Part shown: positions 1 to 13,700 of the stretch, in pieces
Layout: each line of letters begins with the position of its first letter
Numbering within the stretch: the stretch's first letter is position 1
Origin: Convolutriloba macropyga
Taxonomy: Eukaryota
Direction of reading: 5' to 3'
Assembly: GCF_964194025.1 (NCBI RefSeq)
Contig: NC_134481.1
Location: forward strand, 31,062,001-31,126,000
Length of the DNA: 64,000 nt
Position numbers and translations under genes: made by a program
The notes under the pieces: generated by a model
What the model saw: the letters and a program-made list of their open reading frames with translations, nothing else
What the model was told of the DNA's origin: nothing
Databases searched by the model: none

Positions 1-1612
1 CACAAACAGAAAAGAGCTAAAATTGAAGTCAATAATTGTTTATCAAATCTCTATTTATGAACTTTTTGAGTAGTCATCTGCCCGTTCATATTGATTTATT
101 TAGCTGAGCGAGTATTCTTTAGTATGGATAAAGCAAAACGAGCATGAAATGAAGTTTGTGAAATGAACTAAAGACCAGTTCAAGCAGAGATTAAAAACGT
201 TGAAAGTCGACAAACGAAGCGAAGTCTGTTATACAAGAAACCCACCGGATACGAATTGTAGCAAAGAAAACAAACCCTTAAAATAATTTTTTAATCTACT
301 AGCGCTGCTAGAAAAAAAAACCGAAGTTTTAGAACAGTAAAACTTCAAAATATGACATTTTTTTATTTATTTTTTTTTTAAATTTACCATCTTACTCTAT
401 TGACAGAATTAACAAACAGATAAACTGGGGCATAAAAGTTTGCTTTATGAAAACCAAATACGATACTGCCAGAGATCTACTTCTGGAGACTAAAATTCTT
501 CCAGCAGAGCTCCAAATAACACGGGTGTCATTAAATAGGTTTTTCAATATTCTCCAACAAACAAGAAATCGCTCTAATAAACATTTCAGATTTTTGGAAA
601 ACGTGCCAATTATTGCAAACAAACGAACCCATAACCTTTTCTTAGAACAAAATGTAAGTAAAAATGGAGTATTGGTTCAATTGTTCGTAACTTTATTAGA
701 AAATGAAACACAGTTCCAATTACAATTAGAAAAGAAACGTCGAAGACCAAATTTAAACAAAAAGTTATAGCGGGAAGGCTTAAACGACAAGAAAGAGTTC
801 CAATAGACAGAAGGGTTGCAGGATTAAAACATATTTTTTATTAAACTATTTTAAGAAAACCGAACCTTAGTTTGTTATGAATTAGAAAATAATAATGTTT
901 GATTATTAAATTTATAACATATGTAACAATAACCAAGTGGCTATTTTAATTTACAAGTTTCAGATTTTAAAAATATATCGATTTATAATACGATTGCAAA
1001 GCAAGCGAAAACAATTTCTCTCATAAAAACAAGAGTAGTAAATTTGTCGTATAGCATTAGATGAGCGACGTCATGCCCTTAAATTTGCCATAGTTTTGAT
1101 AACAAATAAGGAAACCTCAGATATTGACAAAAGAGTACATTTTTCAAAAGTAGATTTTTCCTCAACATTGTCATTTTGCAACAAAAAACTGTTCTGCACC
1201 AATAAAAAGGTGACAACATTGTCCCTGAAAAGAGTGAGCAGAAGCTGCTATTAACTTCCCAACAAATAGATAAAAAACAAACAAAAGACCAAAGATTGCT
1301 AAAATACTCTAAAATTCCGCAAACAAGTTGAAAATCCCCAAATTTAGCGTGAAACTTGCTTCAGTTACCAAAAATTTCAGCGCACTACCAAAACCTCCTT
1401 AATACGATCACTATAATCTATTAAAAACGTTTAAGCAAAAAATATTACATTTAACCCAAAATAATTGCCTGAAAAAGGAGCTCTGTAGGCTACAAAAAAT
1501 CGTTCCAAACCTATATCTTGCCCTCGAAAACAGAGCGGTATAAATGAAACAATAATCAGTATGAGTATAATGAGAAAAACTTAAATGTAAGCAGGATAGA
1601 AATTGAGTTGAC

Positions 1613-1715
1613 CTTTGTCGCAGGGATGGTGATACTGACTGCCACATCAGCTGTTCTAGAGGTATCCGTGACAGAAGTGGCTACCACATCGAATGACACG
1701 CTGCTCACTTGCTCT
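1613..1715 (-). CDS. Cadherin exon (last found): (R)EQVSSVSFDVVATSVTDTSRTADVAVSITIPATK
   Basis: tttag acceptor, gtcaac donor; completes the IDRE motif begun in the 5730-6028 exon. Confidence 0.8.
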
Positions 1716-4700
1716 CTAAAGTTGAAATCGCTTCGAGTGAGAAGAGATATTAAATTTAATAAACTGTAGAGACTTCGGACGTGATTTCTCTTTGAAATAA
1801 GGAATAAAAATCAAAATGAATAAACCAATTTAAAGTCGGTGATGAATGGTCAAATGCAATAAATTATTTGAAGTTCGGCTACGTCGAATGTAGGCGAATT
1901 GAGCGCATAAAATTACACCGCTCAATTTCTTGGCCAATCAGATTCATTGAAAATTCCATATCGCCACCACGGTGGCCGCCGTATTGGCCGACAGGGCGTT
2001 TAGCCGACAACCGAAAAATGACAATTTAACCGACAATTTAAGTAAAATGAGCAAAAAAACTTATTCTGAAGCTGTGGCTGGCCAATTTAAAACACTACTT
2101 CATAAGCGGAGAAATATACCGCAGTTCTTTCATCAACTTGTGTAACGAAAGTCTATCCGTGGTCGGGCCGTATTTTACCGCATCTGGCCATGCCTCGCGG
2201 GCCATGGCCATGCCTCAGCGGCCCGTGGGACTTGATATGAATCTATCACATCCGAACTACTGAGACTTTTATGGACCAATGAGACTTTTATGACCAATTA
2301 TGATAAAACTGTCGGCTAAATTTCTCATTTTTTCCTTGTCAGCTAAACGCCCTGTCGGCCAATTTTCCTAGCACCATCGCCACCACACAATGCCCTTATT
2401 TGTAAATTTCGGCGATAAGGACGTTTTCAGGTTAATTAATACATGCGATGCAATCATAACTAGATTATAACGTAATCAGTAATACAAAACTGAATTTTCA
2501 AGCTTTCCGTTGTTCGGTTTGATAAAAGGTTCTGTGGTTTTATATTTCTCGATATTTGATGTAAACAAAATTGACTAACGGTAATTCGGTGAAACTATGG
2601 TACAATATAAGGACGAGGGAGTCGTGTTACAAGTTTGATATCCTTAGTACAAAACCATGAGTGTCCTGTACACATGTCGGTTTTTTTACCCCCCCCCCCC
2701 CCAACTTTTACACGAAGACAAGAAAGAGGCTCGGTAATGTGCGTTTGCACATAACGTTCCGACACTGCTCAACCGCATTTTTGACTTAATTGTCCATCAA
2801 ATGAAGGTGAGATAGGAAAATGTAAACAAAAAAATTGCATACTGTTTGAATATAAATGGTGTATGAGCAAAAAATGAACAAAATGAAACCAGTAAACTAA
2901 TTAAAAAGGCAGATTACCAAACCGATGGGACTTACCTAAAAGACAAGAAAAAAATCAAAAACAACCACAAAATAAACAAAAAGCATTAATAACGGCAAAA
3001 AAATCAGTATCTATTTTTTTCAAATACATCGGAGCAAATTCAGATGAAACCTACAAATTCAGTTGTCGTTCGCCAGAAAGTAGATGGGACCTTCCTTTAA
3101 TGGGACTAGGTAACAATTTGAAAAAAAAACTAAAAGGGGAAAGTTCAAAAAACATTGAACCTTTGAAACCAAATTAAATCAAACTTGTCTTAAAAAATTA
3201 GATAGGTTCGCATATGACTCCTTAGAATGCCAAGTGGACCCATTGGTGACACCACGACAAAAGAACCCATATCAACAAGAAACAGGCGAAATTTAAGAAA
3301 TACGAAAAGAAGGATACTTGAAGTCATTCTTTTTGATGTCCATTCATTGAAAAGATAATATTTGTTCACTCCTGTTCCTGTGATCATCAATGGCACCTGC
3401 TCTTAAAGAGACTATGTCAAAAACAAAAAAGAAAATGAGTTCAGTATCCAAAAAAGTAAAAAATTTGCAATGACAACACAGTGTTTGAATCAGAAGACAT
3501 CGATTAAAATTAAATCGAAATCATTTTCAATGTTCATTTTAAAAGTGGATGAGAACTTCAGTGTGTGAACAAAATCCAAATTGACAAAAAGAAAAAAGGA
3601 TTGCTGATGTTTTTGATGATGTTCAAAAACATCATTGCTGATGTTTTTGAAAAAATCCAAAATCAAGGTTGTTATATTTTTAGCTGACAAGGGAAGGCTT
3701 CAAAAAAGTCCATGTACACCTCAATAGGAAGAGAATGACACGCGCCCTCGACCAAAAAATTTTTACGACTACCAAAAAAGAAAAAACGGAATACAAAAAG
3801 TTCAATGAGAACACTGCGAGAAGAAACTTTTGAAGCCACTAAAAACAGCGTTTTCACTCTAAAAACAGCCTTCAGCTTCTTTTAATCCCAATAAAACTTG
3901 TCATGCTTGCGATAGCGCGAAAAAACTTCATAAGCTTTAAGTACTTTCTAACAATCATCAAAGACATTAAAATTGTGACTAATCAGGAAATACAGGATAG
4001 AATCAACAAATACAGGAAATAACAATAGGATATAAAAGTGTCAGAAGCAATTGTCGAAGTTTTTAAAATAATAAGACATTCACACAAAATATTACATGTG
4101 TTCAATTGGGCATCTTTTGAACGCCAGGATTTGGATGGAAGGATTATTTGAGAATTTTCCAGAAAAGAAAGGCACAAATAATTTAAAGAAAAATAACAAC
4201 TTTTTTTTTCAAAACTCGTAGTTCCAACGTGTTATAAAACTATTAGTTATTTCGAAAAATGGCTCAACGCAGTGAAAATCTATTCTTTAGAAAGAAGATG
4301 AGAACTGAAATTATTGAGATCAAGCTTTAAGTTATTTCCAACAGCCATTCGTATCTGCTGAGAGCATTATATATGTTTACGTATTCGCCTTTAAGAGGTC
4401 AAAAGGTCTTTGTTTAGTTAGAGTAAGACAGAAACCAATAAAAGCAACTGCAAAAAGTGCGGGTACAACTCGAAATTTTACAAACTTTACACAATAAATA
4501 ACATGAGCTAGCGCCTGAAATCTTTATTTATTTTACTTAGGTTTAAATCAAACCCATTCGAGCGTCAATAAAAGCTTTTTATGAAAATGGACTTGTCTGT
4601 TTTTGACACATGAAAGTGTGATAAGATTTAATAAAAACAGCGGCCCAATGGATTTTGAATAATTTTGATTGCTAGAATTAACGATGATTCCAAAACCATT

Positions 4701-7700
4701 CTTTCGTCCTCTACGCGTCTACTTAAACACGTATTTGGTTAATGAGTTTAAATAGTATACTACTTAAATTGAAACAACAATTATTCAGTAAGTCAAATTG
4801 AAAAAAATAACGCCAAAAATTAAAAAAAAAACTACGACAAATCATATTAATGTTCTCATCAAATTTAAACCTCAATAATTTTTTGACAAAAAGTAATTTA
4901 AAAAATGTTGGTATTAAAATTTTAGAGATGTATTAAAATTTTAGGAACTTTCTAGTGATGCCACACAAAACTCAATATGACGACTAAGCAAAACTAATTT
5001 TGGATGAGCAAAAAAAACCAGTTGAGCGCATAGTTGCTCCCCCACTAAGTTGGGGTAAGAACCAATATTGTTTGCAATTCAAACTTGCATAAAAAATTGT
5101 GTAGAAATGGCATTTACAGTTTAATGCTGCCGCGACGCCTTGAAATAAAGACATTTAATCTATCATAAAAATTTGATTAAAATGTAATCCAAAGACCCAA
5201 GTGTGTTTTGACCATTTTTGCGCCTATCTTCCACGTAATTCTTCCACAAGATTAGCTTTACGCCTCTATTTCTTTGACAACCGGACATAAAAATCCATCT
5301 TTTTGGCCAGAAAAAGAAAAAAACCGACTTGGCAATCATTAATTTAAGTAGTCGCAATTGAACAAAGGTCAGCAAAGGTCAGAGTAGTCGGGAAGTTGTC
5401 AAAAAATCAGAATAAACAATCCACGAATATATTTTTTAAAACGCTATAAAAAAATTGGTGGGGATAGGGGTTTTTCCTAATTTTGCTCATTTTTCAGCTA
5501 TTACTCTATTATGATTTGTTTATCTCAAGATATTTGAGCATGATATTTATCTGGCGAAAATCGCACTAACCGGTCTAGCAAGGTTCTGTATCCTTAATGC
5601 AAAAAATTGTAAGTTCTTGCAAGTGTAAGCCAGATTCTATAAATTTAAACCTTCCACTTGAGAGTTCTTAAAAGATAACTATTCCTCTTACTTACTTAGT
5701 TTGATTTCACAGCAACGAGTATGTCATACCTATCAATAGGCGCTTTAAGTGTAATGGCTCCTGTGAAACTGTTGATGGAGAAATACTCTTGCGATGAATT
5801 TATGGCATATGACACCTCATGGTCGTCTCCAATGTCTACAGTACCCGGGTTGGTTGTCGTCAGCACCCCCGTTTGACCGACCAACGTCCCAATTTCGGAC
5901 GACTCGTTCAGAGTGAATGAGTAGGAGACTTGATCGAACACCGGGTTGTATTCGTTCACGCGGGTGATTTTGACAAAGACATAAGAGTCGGCGTGACGGT
6001 TGCAAGGGTTGGCGTCGCACACTCGGACCTAAAATTAGGTTTATGAAGCTGCAGTCTCAATTTCTGTGTGGTTAATTATACGTAATCGTACTTTTTTGCA
6101 ACCCAACTACGTACATCAGTCTTTCTTGCACCCCCCCCCCCCCCCCTCCAACAGCACAAAAATTTTGATCTATACGATAACTTTTCTTTGTGCCTGGTAA
6201 CTAGTGGCCAACTTTAAAGCAAAGGCATTTTTGACACAAATAACTGACAAAATTCGATCCTATGAAGCAAGGGATCAAATAAAGTATACAATAGAGGGAC
6301 TGAAAATTAAAAAAAAACAATAATTTAGTGTTTGATTTTAATCATTAACTTATATTCAATTTGAGATTTACTAACATCTATTAATCTCAAGACTTGAAAT
6401 AGCTCAACTCAACTTTTTAAACCATTTTTTCATGAGAAGAGAACCAATCACGACCAATAACAGACCACCGATATAAAGTCAACTGAGATACGACCCAATG
6501 ATGAAAGCATAAAGTTTTGCATATATTTAAAGAAGCAAACTTTCAGGGGACACTGTAAAACTTCTTTGGGTTTTCGCGAAAAACCAAATAAATCACGCAG
6601 AGCCCAAAGAATTTTGAATTTTAATCCAAATCATTTGCTATTAGCCACTGACCTAGGGTAACCTAAGAATAGTACAAATCTAAAAACAGTGGTTTTATTT
6701 TTGTAACGTATCAATGATTAGATAACAGTCTTGGTCAGAAACAGTTCTTGCAGACTGTTGAAACAAATCTGTTCATTCAATATATTTTTATTAAGTCAAC
6801 TGAACAATCGAAACTAATTATTTCAGTCACTTTGACTGGCTTTGTAAGTTCTAGAACCAAAGAGACATTAAAGAGCTTTCAATACAAAAATTTGAAAATT
6901 TTGCTTAATTTTTTTCCTAATTTTTGCTGAGGGACCAAAAAATCGTCACGCGAACAATTTAACTGATATCATTTTGTCATCATTAGTCAGCATTTACAAA
7001 AAGTTTCAGAAAAGCTGCTTGAGAAATACTTACAGTAGTTAAATAGCATAAAAGGCAGGAATTTTATAAGTTTGTAATTTTTGACAAATAAAGATATGGA
7101 CAGTGTGCTTCAATGACGATGATAATCAATTTGCCATATTTTTTCGATTATCTGATATCTGAATTGCAGTCAAATTTAACAATATTTTATTCAAGAAACT
7201 TTGATTCATCGAAAGTATTGATTCTAAATTCAGAACGTATTTGATAGGAGAGTGACTCTTGAGCAATAAAAAATGTGAAGCATGAAAGCTTGGCGGGGAA
7301 AAATACAAACAAGCTCACTTTTCTCGACTAATGCTTGACATTCAAGAAAATATCTCTTAATTCAAGAAATATTATCTCTTAATACGGTGCCATAACAGAG
7401 CTGATACTGAGACAGATGTATGAATATAAAAGCTGCTAAAATGTGCAAAAACGGCAGATAGTTTACAGTACCAGAAGAGGGGGCGTTTGATCTAGAAACC
7501 GATGATCGAGCCTAAGCAGGGGTGGTGAGTGTTATGTAATAAATGCACTGAAGTTATGGAAAATGGGTAAGGAAAAAGTGCCAACCACATCTCATAAGCG
7601 TTGAAAGTCTGGAAAATGCACTGACACCAACTGAAAAATAAATTTTACAGCGATAAAATCGTCCATAATTTTCCGTTTAAACTGTTAACAAGTGCTGATA

Positions 7701-10700
7701 TTATATAGGAAGTAAGAAATGTGTTAAAAAATCAACATATTAAGCGAAAAGTTATTCAAGATTTATCTGCTGAAATATAAATTCCTCTCAGCAGCTGTCA
7801 ATCCGTTTCTTAAATAAATTTCAGCAATAAAACGCGCCAAGAGTTCCGAATTGGAAATAAAAATCCAATATATACAATCAAATAATTCAACTATTAATTT
7901 CTATTTTCTGAATTCCGTTTTTTTTCGGCTCCGGGCCGCTCGGCTTTTTATCCTAGCTCCTTCAAACAGATATGCAATTGTGAATAGTAAATGCAATTGA
8001 TTAGAAGCAAATTTATTCCTGGGCGTTGCACATTTGCTTGGAGGGGGGAGGATAGCAGGAAAAATTTGGTTCTCAAATTTGATGCATTAACGGACTTGAA
8101 GTACAGTTTTGATTGAAATGCCATAACTTTTGCTAACTGAGGAGCTGCGGCATTTGTCAGGTAAAAAATTGCGTCCGAAAAGGATCACAAATGACGTGGA
8201 TTGCATAAGACCCCGCTACAATTTAAACATACTCTGACCATTAAAATTACTTCTCGTGAATACCTAAAATTGCATTGAGAGATTAAAAAGCACATCGGAT
8301 GGCGAAGATAGTAAAGTGAGAGCTGATCAGAAAGAAGTCATTACGAGGCCAATCCTACATTTTGAGCCAGCAAATTTGCTTGGCGAAGTCAGCATTGTCC
8401 ACTCTCCCAAGTTTTAAGATAGGTTTTTATAGGCTTTTGCGGACAACAGTAACAGTGGCGCAAACTAGTTCAAATTTGCTCTGAATTGAAAGAATTTGTC
8501 ACAGATTTCTTCTTAAACTGATTAAAGGAGAAATAGTTGGCTATAATTGGATCTTTTTAATCAAAATTCAGTAAAGGGTAATTATAATTTTAATCCGTCA
8601 AAATTTTGAACATAAATTAAAGGTTCAAAACTTATCTTAAAGTGGGTTGAACTTAAAGTGAGGGATAATTATTCGTTTAATCAGTCAAGGCTTCTGAAAC
8701 GGATTAGAGATGAAAAATCGAGATATAATTAGTACTTCTCATCAAAATGGAGTGAGGGGTAATTATAATAATAATCAGTCAAAGTTTTGAACATATATTC
8801 AAAGTTAAAATGCAGTGATGACAATATCCCTGGTCACAAATTGGGGACATTTGTGACATAAAAACGTGATTTTTCGAGATCAGTGACAAAATTTTGTAGC
8901 GATTGTACGGAGCTTTTTTTTTGTCACTGTTGTCCACAATTTAACCAATTTTATGCCACGCGAGATGGGATGACAAAATATTGTCACTCGTGTTCGCAAA
9001 CGCCGATTCTGGTGAATTTGTAGGATTGGCGGCGTATTGGTAATTGAGAAGTTACCCCAACTAAGACAGCCTGGGTTCCATAAGTCTCGGCATCAATCGC
9101 AGTTGTGACATCAACTCGGCCATTAGACTGAATTGTGACAAAGTTGTTTGAGCTGCTCTGGCTCGGAGACAGAACCTCGCTCTGCTCTGAGAAGATGAGA
9201 CTACCAGTGTCCAAGTCCTCTGCCTCGATGGTCGCCAAGTTGTTCTGAGTTGTACCTTCATCGATATGAAGAGTCCTGAAAATAGGGCATAATGAGAATA
9301 ATGGCGTATATTCAAATGCTGACCTCTTTTCAACAATTGCCTCCCATATTGCAAAAGGAGATTCAATTTTTGAATATAATTAAAACAATCAATTTATTGA
9401 CCAACAGAACTAGGCTACTATGCAAATTTTTGAGTACTATATAATACAACGTTGAGTATAGTTTAAAAGGGGAAGCAATTCACCACGAAGTACCATAAGT
9501 GAGGTTGAAAAAAGATCAATTATTCATACTTGAAACTGTTGAAAAATGAAATAAGTTACACTCTCTTATTAGAGTTTTAATTTAAGCATGTTCTTAAATC
9601 AGCCTTAAATGTAATTTTTTTTATCTTTATGGTAAAGTACCTCATGATTTACAAAATTAAAAATATTTAGGGTTTATTTTTATATATGAGAATATAAACA
9701 AACAGCAATCCATTTGAATTCCTTAACTGTTCTCTCTGAGTGTGTCTCATTTTCTTGTACAACCCAAAGATAATTTTCTAATATTAAACCAGAAAAAAAT
9801 TAATATTTTGGCATATTAAAAAACATTTTTGTGTCAAAAAATACGTTCACCACAATCTGCAATTTTGAAGCTGAATTTTGCTAAGCAAGTTTGACTTGCG
9901 GTGAAGCGTGAATTTTTGATGTTCCGAACGAGATTTCATTCTTGTTTATCGGTTTACACTGAAAATATTGTTAGGTTTTACTCTTTTACTGTTTGCCAAG
10001 CTGTTACTTTTTGTTGCCAATGCAAATGCGTTCAAGCGAGAGGAAATAACATGTGCGTTCGCACAGATTGTTCTATAGCCCATTTCGCCGAGCGGTTAAG
10101 ACCTCTGGCCCGCGCCCCAGAGGTCGCTGGTTCGAAACCCGTCAAAGTCAGAACTTTTTTGCCCCCATAAAATTTTGTTTATGGTTTTTAGGTTAAACTT
10201 AATAGGTTTTTGACCCCTTTTTGACCTTCAACTAGAGATCAAAGATACGTTTGGCGGACGACCTTCTGGTTGTCTAATGCAGTAAAAAACATGCGGTTTT
10301 CTCTCGTATAGAGAGCTTATGGTTTTTTGTGTGTTATCGGAGGTAATGTTATTGTCTTGTACATTCGAGATACGCTTGTTACACATGTTTCTATACGTAA
10401 ATAGATCATGAAAATTTCTTCGTGAGTTTGTCTATGTCCCGATACATAGTAAAGCCTTACAAATTGAGTCTTGAATTTTATATACTTTTTCTTTCAAGAA
10501 ATATTCAAACTTATTTACTCGATACGAGAACGAGGCACAACATTTGGTCAACCGACCCGGATCTTCTTACTCTCAACAAGAAGGATCTCCTGCCAGATTG
10601 GAACCTAGCTAAGTTTAATGGTAATCCCTTGCAGTGGCATGAATGGTACGGCCAATTTAAGAGCGCTATTGATTCGCAGGCCCTAAGTGATGACATCAAG

Positions 10701-13700
10701 TTGACATATTTGAAAACTCTCGTAGTAGGTAAAGCCAAAGATGCCATTGCAGAATTCGCTTATTGTGGAAAAATGTACAGAGATGCACTGAAAACACTTA
10801 AGCGAAAGTTCGGACAACCCCAAGCAGTTGCCACTGCTCACCTTGACAAATTGGCAAACTACCCTTCAATTAAGATGCACAGCTCTGATCAAATCAACCA
10901 TTTTTCCACAACTGTCTCTAGTCTTGTTGGCGTCTTCAGGTCTTTGTCCTATGATGCAGATCTTCAGAGTTCATCACTCTTGAATCAGGCAGTTCAGAAA
11001 TTGCCACCAAATTTGAAGGAATCATGGTCACTGCACACCGTGAAAAGAGACTTGATTCGCCCTACAATGTTGGATTTCAACGACTGGTTGAAGGAAAGAG
11101 CGGAGGGTCATGATCGCATGAAAACCACTTCTTTCAGAAGCAAACCAGAAGACACCAACAGCAATGGTGCAGTAAAGACCAAAGTGTCTTCGAAAGTATT
11201 CGCGTCCAACTCGAAGTCATATAGTGTTAATAGGCAGTCTCAAAGTTCAAAGAATGATCACGCACCTTGCGTACTTTGTAAATCACAACATCCGATTTGG
11301 CGATGTCAGACTTTTAAGGAAAAAACTCCGACGCAGCGTGCTAAAATAGCCGCAGAGAACCAACTCTGCTTTTCTTGCTTGAATGGTAAGCATTCGTTTC
11401 GTACGTGTCCGAATCAGCGCAAATGTAATCGCGAAGGCTGTCGCAGTACCCATAACATCTTGCTGCATGGTGCTGAGCGGATTTTCCCAGCAAGCGGCCA
11501 AAACAAATCTGCTGATGCATCACAACCAAAAGTCAACACAACAAAAACGTCAACAACCACTGTAGACGATGCAAGTACTCACGGAACAAGCAGCACATCA
11601 GGACTCACATCGATCACTGATGTCAAGGGTCTTTTGCAGGTCCTCGAAGTCGATCTAGAGGGACAGTCACAGAAGTGCGCACGAGCACTTGTTCTCTGCG
11701 ATACAGCATGCAGTCACTCCTGGATCTCCAGTGAACTCGCAAAACGTCTCCATTTGAGAGGAACACCGTTCAATTTGACGGTGAACGGTATCAATACGCA
11801 AGAGACAATCAACACTGAAGCTGTTCAGGCCAAAGTGACCCCAATTGGTGAGAATACCTGTTCTCCGTTTGAGTTGTTGCCGTACGTGAAAGAAAACCTT
11901 CGCGTTGGGTCTGACAAAATTGATATCGTTACCCTGCAAGATAAATATCTTCATTTGAGTGTGTTACCTCCAAAGAGTTATGATTACGCGAACGTAGAGA
12001 TGATACTTGGTCAAGACGCGTACCACGCCATCCGCCCGCTCGAGTATTTCGAAACCGACTCGAAATCCTCTCCCGTTGCCGTTCGTTTACGGTTAGGATG
12101 GGTACTAAGTGGTCCAATGCCGTCAGCGTCCGGTCTAATCTCGACAAGTTTTAAAGCGGTAGTTGAACATGACTCTGAGTTGGCAACACAAATCAAATCG
12201 TGGTATGACATGGAATCATACGTGGCTGTTAAGCAAGTGGATCTGCGCTCAGCGTCCGACCGTCGAGCCGTCGAAATTCTCGATCAGTCAACCGTACACG
12301 AGAAAGGTCGTTACTTCGTTGGTATGTTGTGGTCTTCCGATGAAGTCAAACTTCCCAACAATTATTTTTCTGCATTGGTCCAGCTGAAGTCCTTAGAGAA
12401 GAGACTTAGTAAAGATCCCGACTTACGCGAACGCTACGCACAAACAATACGAGAAGATTTGAGTAAAAAGTATGTTGTTAAAGTGCAAACCGGTGAGAAA
12501 ACTGAGCATCAACCCGGCAGGAAATGGTATTTGCCGCATCATCCGGTCATGAACCCAAACAAACCTGGTAAGGTGCGAAGGGTCCTCAATGGTGCCTCCA
12601 AGTTTCAAGGAGTTTCTTTGAACAAAGTGCTGCTAACTGGTCCAGATCTTCTACAGAAATTGATTCACACGCTGATCAGATTCCGTCAGCATCAAATTGC
12701 GGTATCCGCTGACATCGAGGGAATGTTCCTGCAGGTAGGTGTGTTGCCATCTGATCAACCAGCTCTCCGTTTTTTGTGGCGGGAGGACCCCTCAAAGACC
12801 GTTGAGGTGTATCAGTACACTCGACACATCTTCGGCGCCAAAGACTCACCGACTTGCGCAAATTACGCGTTGCAGCGAACAGCACGAGATCATGAAAAAG
12901 AGTATCCAGACGCAGCAAAGGCAGTTCATGAAAAATTCTATATGGATGATTACCTGGACTCAATGGAATCTCCTGATGAGGTGCTCAAGCGGTCACGAGA
13001 CTTGGTCAAATTACTTAGTAAGGGTGGTTTCAAACTAACTAAGTTTATTAGTAACGTGCCAGGTTTTACTAGAAGAGCTTGAAGATCAATCAGTTGAGTC
13101 TGTTCGGAAAGTCATTGGTGCATCAATGGAAGAGTCATCCTCCCATGTTTTGGGATTAAAATGGGATCATACCAAAGACACTCTAGTAGTAAGTCGCGGC
13201 ACTTCTTGGGATTGCAGTAAAGCTGTCACGCAAAGGTTGGTTTTGAGTTTAGTAGCCAAAGTATTCGATCCCATTGGCTTAGTTGCTCCTTTTACCGTCA
13301 CAGCACGACTTCTCCTGAAAAATGTTTGGCGTTTACATGGTCAGAGCTGGGATAAAAGACTCCCCAATGAAATGACTGATCAATTCTCCTCCTGGAGTTC
13401 TGAGTTACCAACGCTGGCTTTGTTAACCATACCTCGCTGCTATTTTTCCGGTCCTTTTGAACACCTCGAATTGCACGTATTCGGAGATAGTTCTCAGGAA
13501 GTTTTTAGCGCAGTTGCGTTTTTGCGTGCACTTGTCAGTCCACCATCTGAAAATAAACGTACCGAACTTGCATTCGTGATTGGAAAAGCACGTGTCGCCC
13601 CAATGAAGACACTCACCGTGCCGAAGCTTGAACTACAGGCAATTTTGCTCGCAGCCCGATTGAGAGAAGAAATATGCAAAGCACTTACCGTACCTGTTCA

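Noticed and set aside
447-770. 107-aa ATG ORF
   Set aside because: AT-rich with no recognisable motif; may be decayed transposon sequence.
5686-5729. Alternative terminal extension YDILVAVKSN* followed by GTAAGT (secreted isoform)
   Set aside because: The donor at 5729 gives the canonical IDRE join; nothing in the sequence supports use of the extension.
10078-10150. A functional tRNA gene in the LTR
   Set aside because: Acceptor stem pairs at only about 3 of 7 positions and the anticodon loop is 8 nt without U33; kept only as a tRNA-derived cassette.
9901-10170. 89-aa ORF across the 5' LTR junction
   Set aside because: Chimera of flank and LTR sequence; GTG start; no domain.
10126-10562. 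Self-priming by the LTR tRNA-like RNA
   Set aside because: Its 3' end (ATCCCGTCAAAGTCA) is not complementary to the PBS.
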